Part shown: piece by piece, positions 12,841 through 27,251 of the stretch
Numbering within the stretch: the first letter of the stretch is position 1
Layout of the letters: every line of letters begins with the position of its first letter
Origin: Blastocystis sp. Blastoise
Lineage: Eukaryota; Protista; Bigyra: Opalinata
Length of the DNA stretch: 64,000 bases
Reading direction: 5' to 3'
Assembly (NCBI GenBank): GCA_039096225.1
Contig: JBBPEB010000014.1
Location: 1-64,000 of the forward strand
The notes under the pieces: generated by a model
What the model saw: only the letters and a program-made list of their open reading frames with translations
Told to the model about the DNA's origin: nothing
The model's database searches: none
Made by a program: the position numbers and the translations under genes

Positions 12841-12959
12841 AAAGAACAGCACTAGGACTTCACGGCGAGTCCCCCACACCGCTACTATCCTAGCTCGAAG
12901 TGGCTTAGCTTCCTAGATCAGACGGGTTAGGGCGTTGTCCACTTGATATGGCCGTTCTC
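12841..12959 (-). rRNA. 5S rRNA copy 7
   Basis: Same sequence as copy 1. Confidence 0.95.
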
Positions 12960-13617
12960 AAGATATATTTATTATTATTCTATTATTATTCTATTCTATT
13001 ATTATTCTATTCTATTTATTATTCTATTCTATTATTCTATTCTAATATTATTCTATTTATTATTATTATTCTATTTATTATTCTTTTTATTATTCTTTTT
13101 ATTCATTTATTCAAATTTTTTTTTATTTATTTATTTTATTTATTTATTTATTTTTATATTAAAAATCTAACCCTAACCTAAAAATTATTTTATATTAACC
13201 CTAATCTATTATTTTAATATTCAATTTAACACTAATCTATTATTTTTTATATTAAATCTAAAACCATTATTTTATATTAAACCTAACCCTAACCCTCCTA
13301 AACCCTAAATTATTTTATATTCATTTTAAATCATAACCCTAAACCACTAATATATATATATATAATTAAAATTATTTTATTTTATCAAATATTATTTTAT
13401 TATTATTATTATTTTATTATTATTATTTATAATATAAATAATATGTTTACAAAAATTTAATAATAAAAAATAATATAAAAATTTTTTTATAATTTTTATA
13501 ATAATAATAATAATAATAATAATATAAATAAAATGTTATATATAAATAATTAAAAATATTAATAATAAAAAGAATAATAAATAAAAAAATAAATACAAAT
13601 AAAGAAAAATAAAAAAA

Positions 13618-13736
13618 AAAGAACAGCACTAGGACTTCACGGCGAGTCCCCCACACCGCTACTATCCTAGCTCGAAGTGGCTTAGCTTCCTAGATCAGAC
13701 GGGTTAGGGCGTTGTCCACTTGATATGGCCGTTCTC
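13618..13736 (-). rRNA. 5S rRNA copy 8
   Basis: Same sequence as copy 1. Confidence 0.95.
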
Positions 13737-14366
13737 AAGATATATTTATTATTATTCTATTATTATTCTATTCTATTATTATTCTATTCTATTATTATTC
13801 TATTATTATTATATTCTATTATTCTATTTATTATTATTATTCTATTTATTATTCTTTTTATTATTCTTTTTATTCATTTATTCAAATTTTTTTTTATTTA
13901 TTTATTTTATTTATTTATTTATTTTTATATTAAAAATCTAACCCTAACCTAAAAATTATTTTATATTAACCCTAATCTATTATTTTAATATTCAATTTAA
14001 CCCTAATCTATTATTTTTTTATATTAAATCTAAAACCATTATTTTATATTAAACCTAACCCTAACCCTAAACCCTAAATTATTTTATATTCATTTTAAAT
14101 CATAATCCTAAACCCCTAATATATATATATATAATTAAAATTATTTTATTTTATCAAATATTATTTTATTATTATTATTTATAATATAAATAATATGTTT
14201 ACAAAAATTTAATAATAAAAAATAATATAAATTTTTTTTTATAATTTTTATAATAATAATAATAATAATAATATAAATAAAATGTTATATATAAATAATT
14301 AAAAATATTAATAATAAAAAGAATAATAAATAAAAAAATAAATACAAATAAAGAAAAATAAAAAAA

Positions 14367-14485
14367 AAAGAACAGCACTAGGACTTCACGGCGAGTCCCC
14401 CACACCGCTACTATCCTAGCTCGAAGTGGCTTAGCTTCCTAGATCAGACGGGTTAGGGCGTTGTCCACTTGATATGGCCGTTCTC
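14367..14485 (-). rRNA. 5S rRNA copy 9
   Basis: Same sequence as copy 1. Confidence 0.95.
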
Positions 14486-14915
14486 AAGATATATTTATTA
14501 TTATTCTATTATTATTCTATTCTATTATTATTCTATTCTATTTATTATTCTATTCTATTATTCTATTCTAATATTATTCTATTTATTATTATTATTCTAT
14601 TTATTATTCTTTTTATTATTCTTTTTATTCATTTATTCAAATTTTTTTTTATTTATTTATTTTATTTATTTATTTATTTTTATATTAAAAATCTAACCCT
14701 AACCTAAAAATTATTTTATATTAACCCTAATCTATTATTTTAATATTCAATTTAACACTAATCTATTATTTTTTATATTAAATCTAAAACCATTATTTTA
14801 TATTAAACCTAACCCTAACCCTCCTAAACCCTAAATTATTTTATATTCATTTTAAATCATAACCCTAAACCACTAATATATATATATATAATTAAAATTA
14901 TTTTATTTTATCAAA

Positions 14916-17900
14916 TTAATATCCTTAATTTAGTTCATGTAGCGTACGGTGTCTCACACACTTTCACATTTATTGACTTTGTTATTAACTTTTATAAAAT
15001 AAAAATAACATCATAAAAACCGGAACACAATTCTGAAAATGACTGTTAAAGAAATTTTTCGAAAACTCTAAATTTCTGGCTAAAAAACGCAAAAAACCAT
15101 TTTCGCACAAAATTTTAACCAAAATTATTGGATTATTTCTATTTTATCCAATATTTTTCATTTTTATAAAAACACTTATTTTTCGTTTTTTATTTTTTAT
15201 TGTTTTCTTATTTTTTCTATATCTACTCACATTCTTTATATTTATTTTTATAAAATTGACTTTTATTGACGGGTTAGTCTAATAAATAGTTTTGACGGGT
15301 AAATTTGTTTATATTTAGAAGTTGACAACATATCAATACACACATCACTAACTATAAACTCTAAAACCATTTTATATGCAATGATACTGACCTCAACTAC
15401 TCTGAAACAACAATAATTCCTTTAAATAACAACAAAAGACAAACTGATATCCAACACATTCCTTCTTTATAAACTTATTTGAGTTTATTCAAGTGATTTT
15501 GAATCAATACATGTCAGAAATATGTCTTTTAGTTGTTTAAAAAGTTTTCATAAGAAAATATTTGATAATAGAAATTTTGATGTTTTGATAGTATAGTTTG
15601 TTATTCGTCTTTCTCCTTGAGTTTTGGGTATTTTTTAAAAATAAAAGTATAATTATAATTAAGATAAGCTATTGCAGATACATATTTTTTATTTTATCTA
15701 AATATTGAATATTGACTGAGAAACATTCATTTATATGAAAAACATAAAAATGAAAATTTTCAAAAAAGGGTATAGTTTGTTATTGTGATTTCTCAATCAA
15801 TTCTTAATAAAATAAAAAAGTTAAAACATATTTAGAAACTAGACATGTCATAGCAGATACATATTTTTCATTTTTTTAATTAATTGAAAACTCAGGTGAC
15901 AAGAGTCAATAGTTGAACTCAATAAAAAATGACTTTCAAAAAATTTTCTTAAAAAGTTTTCATTTGTTTTTTGTTTATATTTTCATCATTAACAATTTTA
16001 TTTGACATTTTACTTTATATTTAAAAACTACATACCAAAATAAACATATTTTACAATTTTATTTTGTTTTTAAAAGACTTTAACAACAGATCACCAGACA
16101 ATGTTAACTCAATAAACTCTTAAAACGTTTTAATATGTGTTTAGAACCACTCATGGATACTATATATCACTTATTTGAAAAAGTTAAGACAACATGTTGA
16201 ACTGATACAGACAATGTTTGTTTTAAAAAGTTAGTTATGAGTCTTTATGAGTTGTATATGTCATAAATAAGCTTAAAATAAATAAATAAGTTTTTAATTG
16301 TCTTTAATTAGTGAAATAAATCGTTTAAAAAAAGAAAACATTTTTGATACTATAGTTTATTTTGACAATTTCTCCATCAATATTAATTTTTAAAAAATAA
16401 ATAAAACTTATATATAAACTAGACAACCTATAGTTTATATATTGATAAAAATCTTATCAAAATATATAATAACTTTTGAGATAAAAAATTATATATGAAA
16501 AACATAAAAAAATTATTTTTTGAAAAAAGGGTATACTTTATAACATTAATTTCTCAGTCAATATTTTATTATTTTATATAATTTTAACAAATAAATACAT
16601 AGAATAAGATATATTAATTATATTATTTTTAATATTTGAAATTAATAAAAAAATGAGTTCAGTAGAGTCAATAGTATAACATGTTAAAAAACTGAAAATT
16701 GAAAAATCGTTTTTCTAAAAATTTTCTGAAAGTTGACAAATCAAATTCATATTTGACAATTAATTTTTACATATTTGAAAACTAGACATTATATGTATTG
16801 CATATCTCAAAAAAATGGTCAAAAGTGGAGTTGACGAGTGAATGATATATGCACATGTTGGCTCATAATTTTATAAAAAGTAGTTCAATATGTCCTAAAC
16901 CACATATTAGGACAATTCTATAAATATTATCACTTTATAATGAGTTTAAAGGGTAAAATAATTTTGAATTGTCTGTTTGACTGTCTTAAGTGAAGAGATT
17001 CAAGTCACTTTTTGTAAAAATGAGTATTAGAGTGTTTAATGTTTATAATAATAAAAGAATTGTTTGAAATAAAGGTGGTTGTGTGTTTGACCAAAATGTT
17101 AAAATGAGTCTATTTTAAAAAAATGGTTAGAATAAGAAAGTATTGAGTGTTTTTGGAGTATTTTATATTAAAATCTACAATAAATAAACATTTTAAGTTG
17201 TTTAAAAATTTGATTCTTTAGAATTACAATAGTTAAGTCAAGAGATTCAAGTCACTTTTTATAAAAATAATAAATAGACTTATTATAGAATATAAAATAT
17301 TAAAAATTAGTTTAATTAAATGTAGTTGACTGTTTGATAGGAATGTTAGAATGGGTAAAAAGATTTTAATTGTTTCTAAAACAGTATAATACGTTTTTTT
17401 GTCACTAAATACAAAAATATTATTGTTTAAAGAATGTTTTTTATCTTTCAAAAGAACTCATTTTTTTGTAATTGTGACTTTAAACAAATGAAATTCAAGT
17501 TACTTTTTATAAATTAAAATAATAAATTAAATATATATGTATATTAGCATAAAATTAGTTAAAATAAAAGTGGATATGTGTATTTCAAAACGTTAAAGTC
17601 TTTTAGAGTTTTTTTAAAATAACTCATTTGTTTTATAAACTATATTTTATGTATGATAGTTACAGTTTTTAAAGTACTAAATCTATTTATGATATAGAAT
17701 GTAATTTTTGGTTTATATTTAGTTTTTCGTTTCATTTAATGAAATGATTTTGAAAACATTATAAAAAATGAATAGATAATTTTTAAAAATAATTCTTTTT
17801 TTCTTTTATAAAAGAAATTCTATATATGATAAATATTTAGAAAGAACTCTATGAGTTATTATCGATTATATAGAATAATATATATATTTTAATTATTAAA

Positions 17901-19323
17901 AATATATATATATTTTTTTAAATCCAAATTGAAATAGGAGTAATAAAAAATAATAATATTATAAACATTTGAATCTGATAGTATTAAAATATAGTAACTA
18001 TTACATATAATTAAACATTTATTAATAAGAAAAGGGGTATAATAAAATATTAAATATATATATATAATAGTATATATAAAAAGAAATGATAGAATATAAA
18101 AAATCAAATAGAGATAAAAATGATAATAATTTAAAATGGAATAAAATAATATATGAGAAAATTTATAAAAGAATAAATAATATTTTTTAGACAAAAGAGT
18201 AAGTTCTTTCTCATAATAATAATTATATAGAATAATTAAAAATAAAAAATAAATTCTTAAAGATAAGAAATAACTGATAATAATAAGTTTTAAAAGAAAA
18301 AATATTTTATAATCATAATAATATTGTTTAAAGTATAAAATATTTATAAAACTAAATGAATTTATAATTACAAAAACAGTTATAAATAAATTAACAAAGA
18401 AAAGTGAATTAATATAGAAAACTAAAATATAAATTTAAATCTAAATAGAAATCTAAATAGAAATAGAAATAGAAATAGAAATAGAAATCTAAATAGAAAT
18501 CTAAATAGAAATAGAAATAGAAATAGAAATAGAAATAGAAATAGAAATAGAAATCTAAATAGAAATAGAAATAGAAATAGAAATAGAAATAGAAATAGAA
18601 ATAGAAATAGAAATAGAAATAGAAATAGAAATAGAAATAGAAATAGAAATAGAAATAGAAATAGAAATAGAAATAGAAATAGAAATAGAAATAGAAATAG
18701 AAATAGAAATAGAAATAGAAATAGAAATAGAAATAGAAATAGAAATAGAAATAGAAATAGAAATAGAAATAGAAATAGAAATAGAAATAGAAATAGAAAT
18801 AGAAATAGAAATAGAAATAGAAATAGAAATAGAAATAGAAATAGAAATAGAAATAGAAATAGAAATAGAAATTGAAATAGAAATTGAAATCTAAATTGAA
18901 ATAGAAATATGAATAAGATTAAAAATAAAATATAAGAGCTAATCAATTATTATTAATAAACAATAAATATATATAATCAATAATAAAAATAGCTAAAATG
19001 ATACTAAATAAAAAAGGAAATACTACTCAAAAAATGTAATATAAAATGTTAAATAGGAATTATGAATAAAGTGTGAATTAAATTATTTAGAATATACTAA
19101 ACTAATAACTAAACAATAGAAGATAACAACTAAAACAATTGAAATAATAATTTATAAAATATGAAATAGTCTTCATCCTAAAAATAAAAAAATAGAAATG
19201 AATAACAAAAACATAAAAATAAACATAATATTTAAAAAAAAACCAACATAAAATATAACAATTAAGAGATGACAACTATCAAAACTCAAGCGTAGGCTGG
19301 CGTAGCCAGTCGTGAAACGCTTG
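14916..19323 (+). mobile_element. Non-autonomous Helitron-like element (4.4 kb) inserted in the 5S spacer
   Basis: Removing it restores the spacer TCAAA|TATTATTTT exactly (A|T target, no TSD). 3' hairpin GGCTGGC-GTA-GCCAGTC at 19295-19311, then CGCTTG end. No credible ORF. Confidence 0.85.
18437..18908. repeat. (AAATAG)n hexanucleotide microsatellite inside the non-autonomous element
   Basis: ~470 bp of AAATAG with AAATCT/AAATTG variants at the edges. Confidence 0.97.
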
Positions 19324-19552
19324 TATTATTTTATTATTATTATTATTTTATTATTATTATTTATAATATAAATAATATGTTTACAAAAATTTAATAATAA
19401 AAAATAATATAAAAATTTTTTTATAATTTTTATAATAATAATAATAATAATAATAATATAAATAAAATGTTATATATAAATAATTAAAAATATTAATAAT
19501 AAAAAGAATAATAAATAAAAAAATAAATACAAATAAAGAAAAATAAAAAAAA

Positions 19553-19671
19553 AAAGAACAGCACTAGGACTTCACGGCGAGTCCCCCACACCGCTACTAT
19601 CCTAGCTCGAAGTGGCTTAGCTTCCTAGATCAGACGGGTTAGGGCGTTGTCCACTTGATATGGCCGTTCTC
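19553..19671 (-). rRNA. 5S rRNA copy 10
   Basis: Same sequence as copy 1. Confidence 0.95.
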
Positions 19672-20331
19672 AAGATATATTTATTATTATTCTATTATTA
19701 TTCTATTCTATTATTATTCTATTCTATTTATTATTCTATTCTATTATTCTATTCTAATATTATTCTATTTATTATTATTATTCTATTTATTATTCTTTTT
19801 ATTATTCTTTTTATTCATTTATTCAAATTTTTTTTTATTTATTTATTTTATTTATTTATTTATTTTTATATTAAAAATCTAACCCTAACCTAAAAATTAT
19901 TTTATATTAACCCTAATCTATTATTTTAATATTCAATTTAACACTAATCTATTATTTTTTATATTAAATCTAAAACCATTATTTTATATTAAACCTAACC
20001 CTAACCCTCCTAAACCCTAAATTATTTTATATTCATTTTAAATCATAACCCTAAACCACTAATATATATATATATAATTAAAATTATTTTATTTTATCAA
20101 ATATTATTTTATTATTATTATTATTTTATTATTATTATTTATAATATAAATAATATGTTTACAAAAATTTAATAATAAAAAATAATATAAAAATTTTTTT
20201 ATAATTTTTATAATAATAATAATAATAATAATAATATAAATAAAATGTTATATATAAATAATTAAAAATATTAATAATAAAAAGAATAATAAATAAAAAA
20301 ATAAATACAAATAAAGAAAAATAAAAAAAAA

Positions 20332-20450
20332 AAAGAACAGCACTAGGACTTCACGGCGAGTCCCCCACACCGCTACTATCCTAGCTCGAAGTGGCTTAGC
20401 TTCCTAGATCAGACGGGTTAGGGCGTTGTCCACTTGATATGGCCGTTCTC
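20332..20450 (-). rRNA. 5S rRNA copy 11
   Basis: Same sequence as copy 1. Confidence 0.95.
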
Positions 20451-21109
20451 AAGATATATTTATTATTATTCTATTATTATTCTATTCTATTATTATTCTA
20501 TTCTATTTATTATTCTATTCTATTATTCTATTCTAATATTATTCTATTTATTATTATTATTCTATTTATTATTCTTTTTATTATTCTTTTTATTCATTTA
20601 TTCAAATTTTTTTTTATTTATTTATTTTATTTATTTATTTATTTTTATATTAAAAATCTAACCCTAACCTAAAAATTATTTTATATTAACCCTAATCTAT
20701 TATTTTAATATTCAATTTAACACTAATCTATTATTTTTTATATTAAATCTAAAACCATTATTTTATATTAAACCTAACCCTAACCCTCCTAAACCCTAAA
20801 TTATTTTATATTCATTTTAAATCATAACCCTAAACCACTAATATATATATATATAATTAAAATTATTTTATTTTATCAAATATTATTTTATTATTATTAT
20901 TATTTTATTATTATTATTTATAATATAAATAATATGTTTACAAAAATTTAATAATAAAAAATAATATAAAAATTTTTTTATAATTTTTATAATAATAATA
21001 ATAATAATAATAATATAAATAAAATGTTATATATAAATAATTAAAAATATTAATAATAAAAAGAATAATAAATAAAAAAATAAATACAAATAAAGAAAAA
21101 TAAAAAAAA

Positions 21110-21228
21110 AAAGAACAGCACTAGGACTTCACGGCGAGTCCCCCACACCGCTACTATCCTAGCTCGAAGTGGCTTAGCTTCCTAGATCAGACGGGTTAGG
21201 GCGTTGTCCACTTGATATGGCCGTTCTC
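21110..21228 (-). rRNA. 5S rRNA copy 12 (upstream flank beyond -31 displaced by the MULE)
   Basis: Same sequence as copy 1. Confidence 0.95.
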
Positions 21229-21259
21229 AAGATATATTTATTATTATTCTATTATTATT

Positions 21260-21403
21260 GAGGCATTGTTAGAAATACCCAAAAAATACCATAATTATTT
21301 TAACCTACCCAAAAAAAAAACGAATTGTTAGAAATACCCAAAAATATTCAAAATTTTTGTTAAAATACCCAAAAATTTTACAAAATTGTTAGAAATACCC
21401 AAA
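21260..21403 (+). repeat. MULE left terminus with four TTGTTAGAAATACCCAAAA-type motifs
   Basis: Copies at ~21266, ~21325, ~21357 (variant) and ~21386. Confidence 0.88.
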
Positions 21404-21918
21404 ACTTTTTCAAGACTCTAAACGATTGGTACTTTGAAAACACAAATTTCTTAATAACCAATTAAAATTCTTTTTCTTTATTTTGTTAGAATTAGAAAAA
21501 AAACTCCAGAATATTTTTATATTTGATTTATTATATTTCACAAGTGAAGCTTATACTATGTAAGACATTAAAAAAATTTAATAAATTCTCATAATAATGA
21601 AGAAAAATAACTATCTAAGTTAAAACCAGCATTTCATTTTACATATTTTATATAATTGCTAGAATTTTTAAACTAAATATAATATAAATATTTCAGATAC
21701 TTTTATCAATTGACTGGAGTCATTTATAATGTAATAATATATAGTACTGCTCTCAAATAAAGCATTTAGAAAACAACAATGCTAATTTTCCTGATTTTTT
21801 GGTGATTTTCCTCTATAAAAATAATATTTGCAGTTATAAATCACCAAAAAATACATTTATTTATTTTTCACTATATCTACACGACTAAAAAGTTAATTAC
21901 TACAAATTGTCGGCAACT

Positions 21919-22943
21919 ATGTCTGTATATAGACGAAAAACACATTTTCATTATTATTTTTTAATAATTAGACAATTGATTCAAGTCAGCCACAAGAAGA
22001 TGTGGAAAATCGTTTTTGTATGAATAAGGTTGATTACAGTGACTTCAAAAATAGTGAAGAAATTAAGAAATTTGAAAATGAAGAAACATATGGAGTACAA
22101 ATTATGTACGAAAATAAGTCTAAACTCAAAAGTGATGTCTCAATTCAAATGCAAAAGCTAGGATATCCAATTAAGGTTCAAAAATCAGAAAAAGGAAGAA
22201 TTATTTACAAATGTTGTGTTTCCGATTGCCCGTTTATGCTTCATTTCCAAGGTGACGACGTTTCTGGATGGATAATGAAAAGATACTGTCATCATGACTC
22301 AACTGTATGTTATTTAATTAATTATTATAGTTTATACTTATTATTAATATAGAAATGCAATCGTTTTAATATGATTTACATTAAGCTTAACAAACAAAAT
22401 AAAATAGATTATCAAATTATTAAGACAAGTAACTAAATATAAATATAATATATAATGTATATAATATTCTATTATATACAGTGATAAAAAATCGAATTAA
22501 AAATCATCAATTTAATATAAGGTATATATATATATCAATATATAAATTGTGAGAGAGAAATCTATACATTGAATAAAGAAGGAAAAAGAGGAAAATAAAT
22601 ATATAGAGAGAAAAAAAATGAAATACAGTAGTATATGTATGTGAAAAGTGTTATATATTAATTCAATGTATGAGAGTAATAGAAGAAATATCCACCTATA
22701 TATATAGAGAAAGGAAGATTATATAATATATACAGAGAGAAAGAAAGAAAGAAAAATTCTATTATATATATAGTAAGAATGAAAGAAAGAAACATTTATG
22801 AATATATAAAGAGAGAACGACAGATATATATATATAGAGAGAGAGAGAGAAAGCGATAGAAAAAAATATCTAATATATATATATATATTGAGAGAGTAAG
22901 AGATGGAAGAGATAGAGAGAGATGCATAGAAAGAAGCAAAGAA

Positions 22944-23004
<61 letters not shown>

Positions 23005-25276
23005 TAAGTCTTAATCCAATGATTCTATCAAAAGATGCTAGTAATAGTAATGATCAAAATCATGAAGATGAAGCTGAGATACATGAAACTATCAATTTTA
23101 CACACAATTCTCGGAGCTCAGATGCTAATTCTAATCCTACAAATACCCAAACTCTTCCTATCTTAGAAGATCCATTCATATCTAGTAAAAATTCTGAAAT
23201 GGTCATAGAAGATATAAATAAATCAAAGGATAATAATCATGAAGATGAAGAAAGTAGAACAATTGATATAGAATTGAATATTGAAGATACATCAATAGAT
23301 AATGTGTTTTCTTATGAAGAACAAAATGAAGGAATTACAGAAGATAGATTTAATAATATATTTAAAGATATTTCTGATAAATGTATATTTATTCAATATA
23401 AGTCACATAAATACAATCAAGATATAAGCTCAAATGATGTTGTGAGTTATTTAAAGGAAAATAATCTAGCCAAGTATTTCAAATCAATATCTCAGTTAAA
23501 ACAATTCCTGGAGAAGAAGAATATCAGTGTTTCATATGAAATAGCAAGAAACGCCTTAAGAGAATTAGGTATTAAGTCAACTAATGACTATAGTAAAATA
23601 CCATGTATTATAAAAAGTATAATAAGCAAAGAAAATTATGCTATATATGGTTGCCTCCCTCCAGGATATACATATAAGAATATTAATGCTTATCCTTCTT
23701 CTTCTTATATTCAATCTAATATAGATGAGAATATAGTAGATAATCATTTAGAACAAGATGAAACTTTCAGAGTAAACTTGGAAGATAGTGTTCTGAATTA
23801 TTCTGAAAATGATTCAGTTTGTAGTGGAAATAATTCCAATATGAATATACATGAAGAAATAAACATGGATAGAGAATTAAACAAAGCAGTAGGGAATAAT
23901 AAAGTAATAAGTCATGAGTTTCTATATTCTTTTGTATCTATTAAATCAAATATAGCATTATATAAGAAGGGAAATAAAGCAGTAATCTTTATGGATGGAA
24001 CTCATATGTATATGAATGATCATATCATATTAACTGCTATATCCATTACTATTAATAGACAAATACTTCTTCTTGCTTATGGTATATATGCTGTAGAGTG
24101 TTTAGCTACCTGGAGTGATTTCCAAACTAATCTGAAAAAAGCACTTGAACTCATGTCATGTAAAACTACAAACATAACATTTTTCTCAGATATGGACAAA
24201 GGTCTCAAAGGAAGCCTAGGAGTAGTCTTTCCTGAATGCACATATATATCATGTGCATTTCATATTCTAAAGAAGATGACAAATGTGAATTCAAGAATAA
24301 TAGGACTAATATCACAACTCATTCTAATTGATGATGAAGAAGAATTCTATAAGCTTATTAATGATTCTTCAATAACAGAGAACCAGAAGAAGCAAATACT
24401 CTCACAAAGGGGAAAGAATATGTATAATATAGATCTACCACCTCATGTATCCAGATATGGATACATTGCCTCAAGTTTGGCCGAGTCATTTAATAATCTT
24501 ATTAGTGACATAAGAGGAATGTCTATACAGAAGGTATTGTTTGAAATCTATAATCATGCAATTAATTATCAACTGAAAATAAAAGAGGCACCTCATATAT
24601 CATTCTTTCTTCCTTACTTTCAAAAAGAGTTTGATATGGCTGATATATTTGTTTCTAATGTGATATCATATAAGAGTATAAATAAGGGTTTATATAGACT
24701 AGTAATGGAAGAAGAAAACCGTGAATACATAATTAATTTTGAACAGAATACATGTTCTTGTTCAATTTTTCAATACCAAGGTTATCCTTGTATACATGCT
24801 ATTCTTCTATATAAAAAGTATAATAGCAGTGTTTCGTATAATCAACAAGGAATTGACGATTTCAATACTATTGCCAAATACTTCATTCCATATAAGAACC
24901 ATATGAATACTTATTATAATTATTATGTAGATAGGTAATGATATATATAATACATATTATATAAATATTTTTTTTTGTTATATATAGAAGAATAGATGAT
25001 TCATGCTTGAAAGAAGAAAGTCACATAAATATTACAGGACCAAATAATCCAATTCGTAAATCAGGTCGACCATCTAAGTTTAACTATTCTCATATAACAT
25101 CTTATTATCTGAAAAATAAGTATTGGAAAATAAAGAACAGTATTCCAGCTTTGGAGTGTTTGAATGAGTGTGCAGTTGAAGCTGAAAAAGAGAAATATGA
25201 AGAAACTGATATTGCCTCAATTCCTACACTTGAAGATGTAGAATCATCAGAATATAGTTCGAAGAGAAGAAAGTAG
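21919..25276 (+). CDS. MULE (MuDR-like) transposase. Predicted exons 21919-21924, 21972-22304, 22353-22428, 22482-22521, 23000-24934, 24988-25276
   Basis: N-terminal WRKY/GCM1-like zinc finger (YKCCVSDCPF...HHDSTKC after splicing). DDE core FMDGTH / FSDMDKGL / CAFH / AESFN. SWIM finger CSC..FQYQGYPCIH. C-terminal GRP motif. All GT-AG introns join in phase. Confidence 0.9.
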
Positions 25277-25569
25277 TATTTTTTAAATGATAAGTCTATG
25301 TATATACTTATTATAATCTATAATACATATTAATTTTTTTACATTCCTAATAATATAAAATATTTTTAATTAATCATATTTAATATAAATGTCTTCTTAT
25401 TTATAAGATCATTGTTTTGTTATTGATTCAAATATAATATCATATATGTCGTTGATATTGCAGATATTCATATTAAAGAGACTAAGACTAATAAAAAAGA
25501 ATACTCATCAACGGATATAAATCCAAAATGAAACCAGCTAGAGTAATATGTATTACAAATTATTGCATA

Positions 25570-27218
25570 TGCAAATAAATGAAAGAGGACAAGAATAAGA
25601 AGGAGAAGGAGAAGGACAAGGACAAGGACAAGGAGCAGAAGAAGAAGGATAGGATAAAGATAAGAAGAAGGATAAGGATAAGGATAAGAAGAAGAAGTAG
25701 AAGGAGAAGGATAAAAAGGACAAAGATAAGGATAAGGATAGGAGAAAGAAATGACAAGAAGAACGATAAAAAAAGAGAATGGCAGAAATAAAAGAAAAAG
25801 AAGGAGAAGGAGAAGGAGAACAAGAAGGAAAATAAGAATAAACCAAGAATAAACATAATAAGGAAAACATCAATAGAAGGTAAGGATAAGTAGAATGAGA
25901 ATGATTAGAAGTAGAAGCATAAGAATAATAATACGAAGAAGACGGAGAAAGAGAAGCATATGTGGGAGTAGAAGAAAAAGCATGTGAATAAAAATGGAAA
26001 AAGAAGAAACTAAAAAGAGAATAGAAGGAGAGGATCAAAATATGAATAAGAAGGAGAAGGATAAGAAGGATAAGAATGACAAAGAGAAGGAGAATAAGAA
26101 AGAAAGAACGAGAAAGAGAAGAAGGAAAAAAATAAACAGAAGAAGAAAGAGAAGGAGGAGAAGAATGAGAAGAAAAAGAATAGGAAGGAGAATGACAAAA
26201 AAAAACAAGAATGACAAGAATGGCAAAAGGAAAAAGGAGAAGAAGACAAATTATAGAAGGAGGAGAAGAAGAAAAATTATAGAAGAAGGAGAAGAAGAAA
26301 GATTAAGAAGAAGGAGAAGAAGGAAAAGGAGGAATCAAAAGAAGGAGAAGGAGGAAGGAGAAGAAGATGAAAAAATAAAATTATAAGAAGAAAAAGTAGA
26401 AGAAGAAAGAGAAAGAGAAGAACCACAAAGAAAAGGGGGAGAAGAAAGAAATTATAGAAGTAGAAGAAGGAAAAGAAAAGAGAAAAAGGAGAAAGAGAAT
26501 AAGGACAAGAATAAGGTAAAAGTAAAAGTAAAAGAATCAATAGAAGAAAAAGTATGAGAAGAAGAATATTGAAAAGGAGATAGAGAAGTAGACGAATAAG
26601 TTGAGATAAAATGAGAAAGAAGAAGAAATAAAAGTATGGTAGTAGAAACAGAAGTAGAAATAGGTAGAAATAGATGGAAAAGGAAAATGAGAATCAGTAG
26701 AAGAAGAAGAAGAAGAAGAAGAAAATGAGAAAGAGAAGAAGAAGAATGAGAAATAGAATATAGAAATGAAATAGAAGAAACAAGAATGAAAGAAGTAGAA
26801 GAAGAAAAAATAATACTAATAATACGAATGTGAATGAGAATAAGAAGAAGAAATAGAAGAATAGCAATAATGGAATGAAAATGAAAAAAAAAAGAAGAAG
26901 AAAGAGAAATAGAAAAAGAAGAACAAGAAGTAGTTGTAATAGAAATGGATGTAGAAGCATAAAAAAGTAGTAGAAGCAAAAGTAGGAGTAAGAGTTGAAG
27001 TTGGAGTACAAGCGAAGTAGAATAGAAATATAAGTAGAAATATAAGTAGAAGAATGAGAAGTAGTATTAGTAATAGTGTAGAAGTCGAAATGGAAGAAAA
27101 AAATAACAGTAAGTAGTAGTAGTAGAAATATGAGTAGAAGAACAAGTATAAATAGAAGAATAAAGGAAAGAAGGAAAGAAGCTGAAGTAGAAGAAGTATA
27201 AGGAAAAGAAGGTAAATA

Positions 27219-27251
<33 letters not shown>

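Noticed and set aside
15268-15277. GACGGGTTAG, a 10-nt match to 5S inside the non-autonomous element, as a possible targeting guide
   Set aside because: Too short, and not at the insertion site; cannot be distinguished from chance.
18422-18946. 174-aa (FL)n ORF
   Set aside because: Translation of the (AAATAG)n microsatellite.
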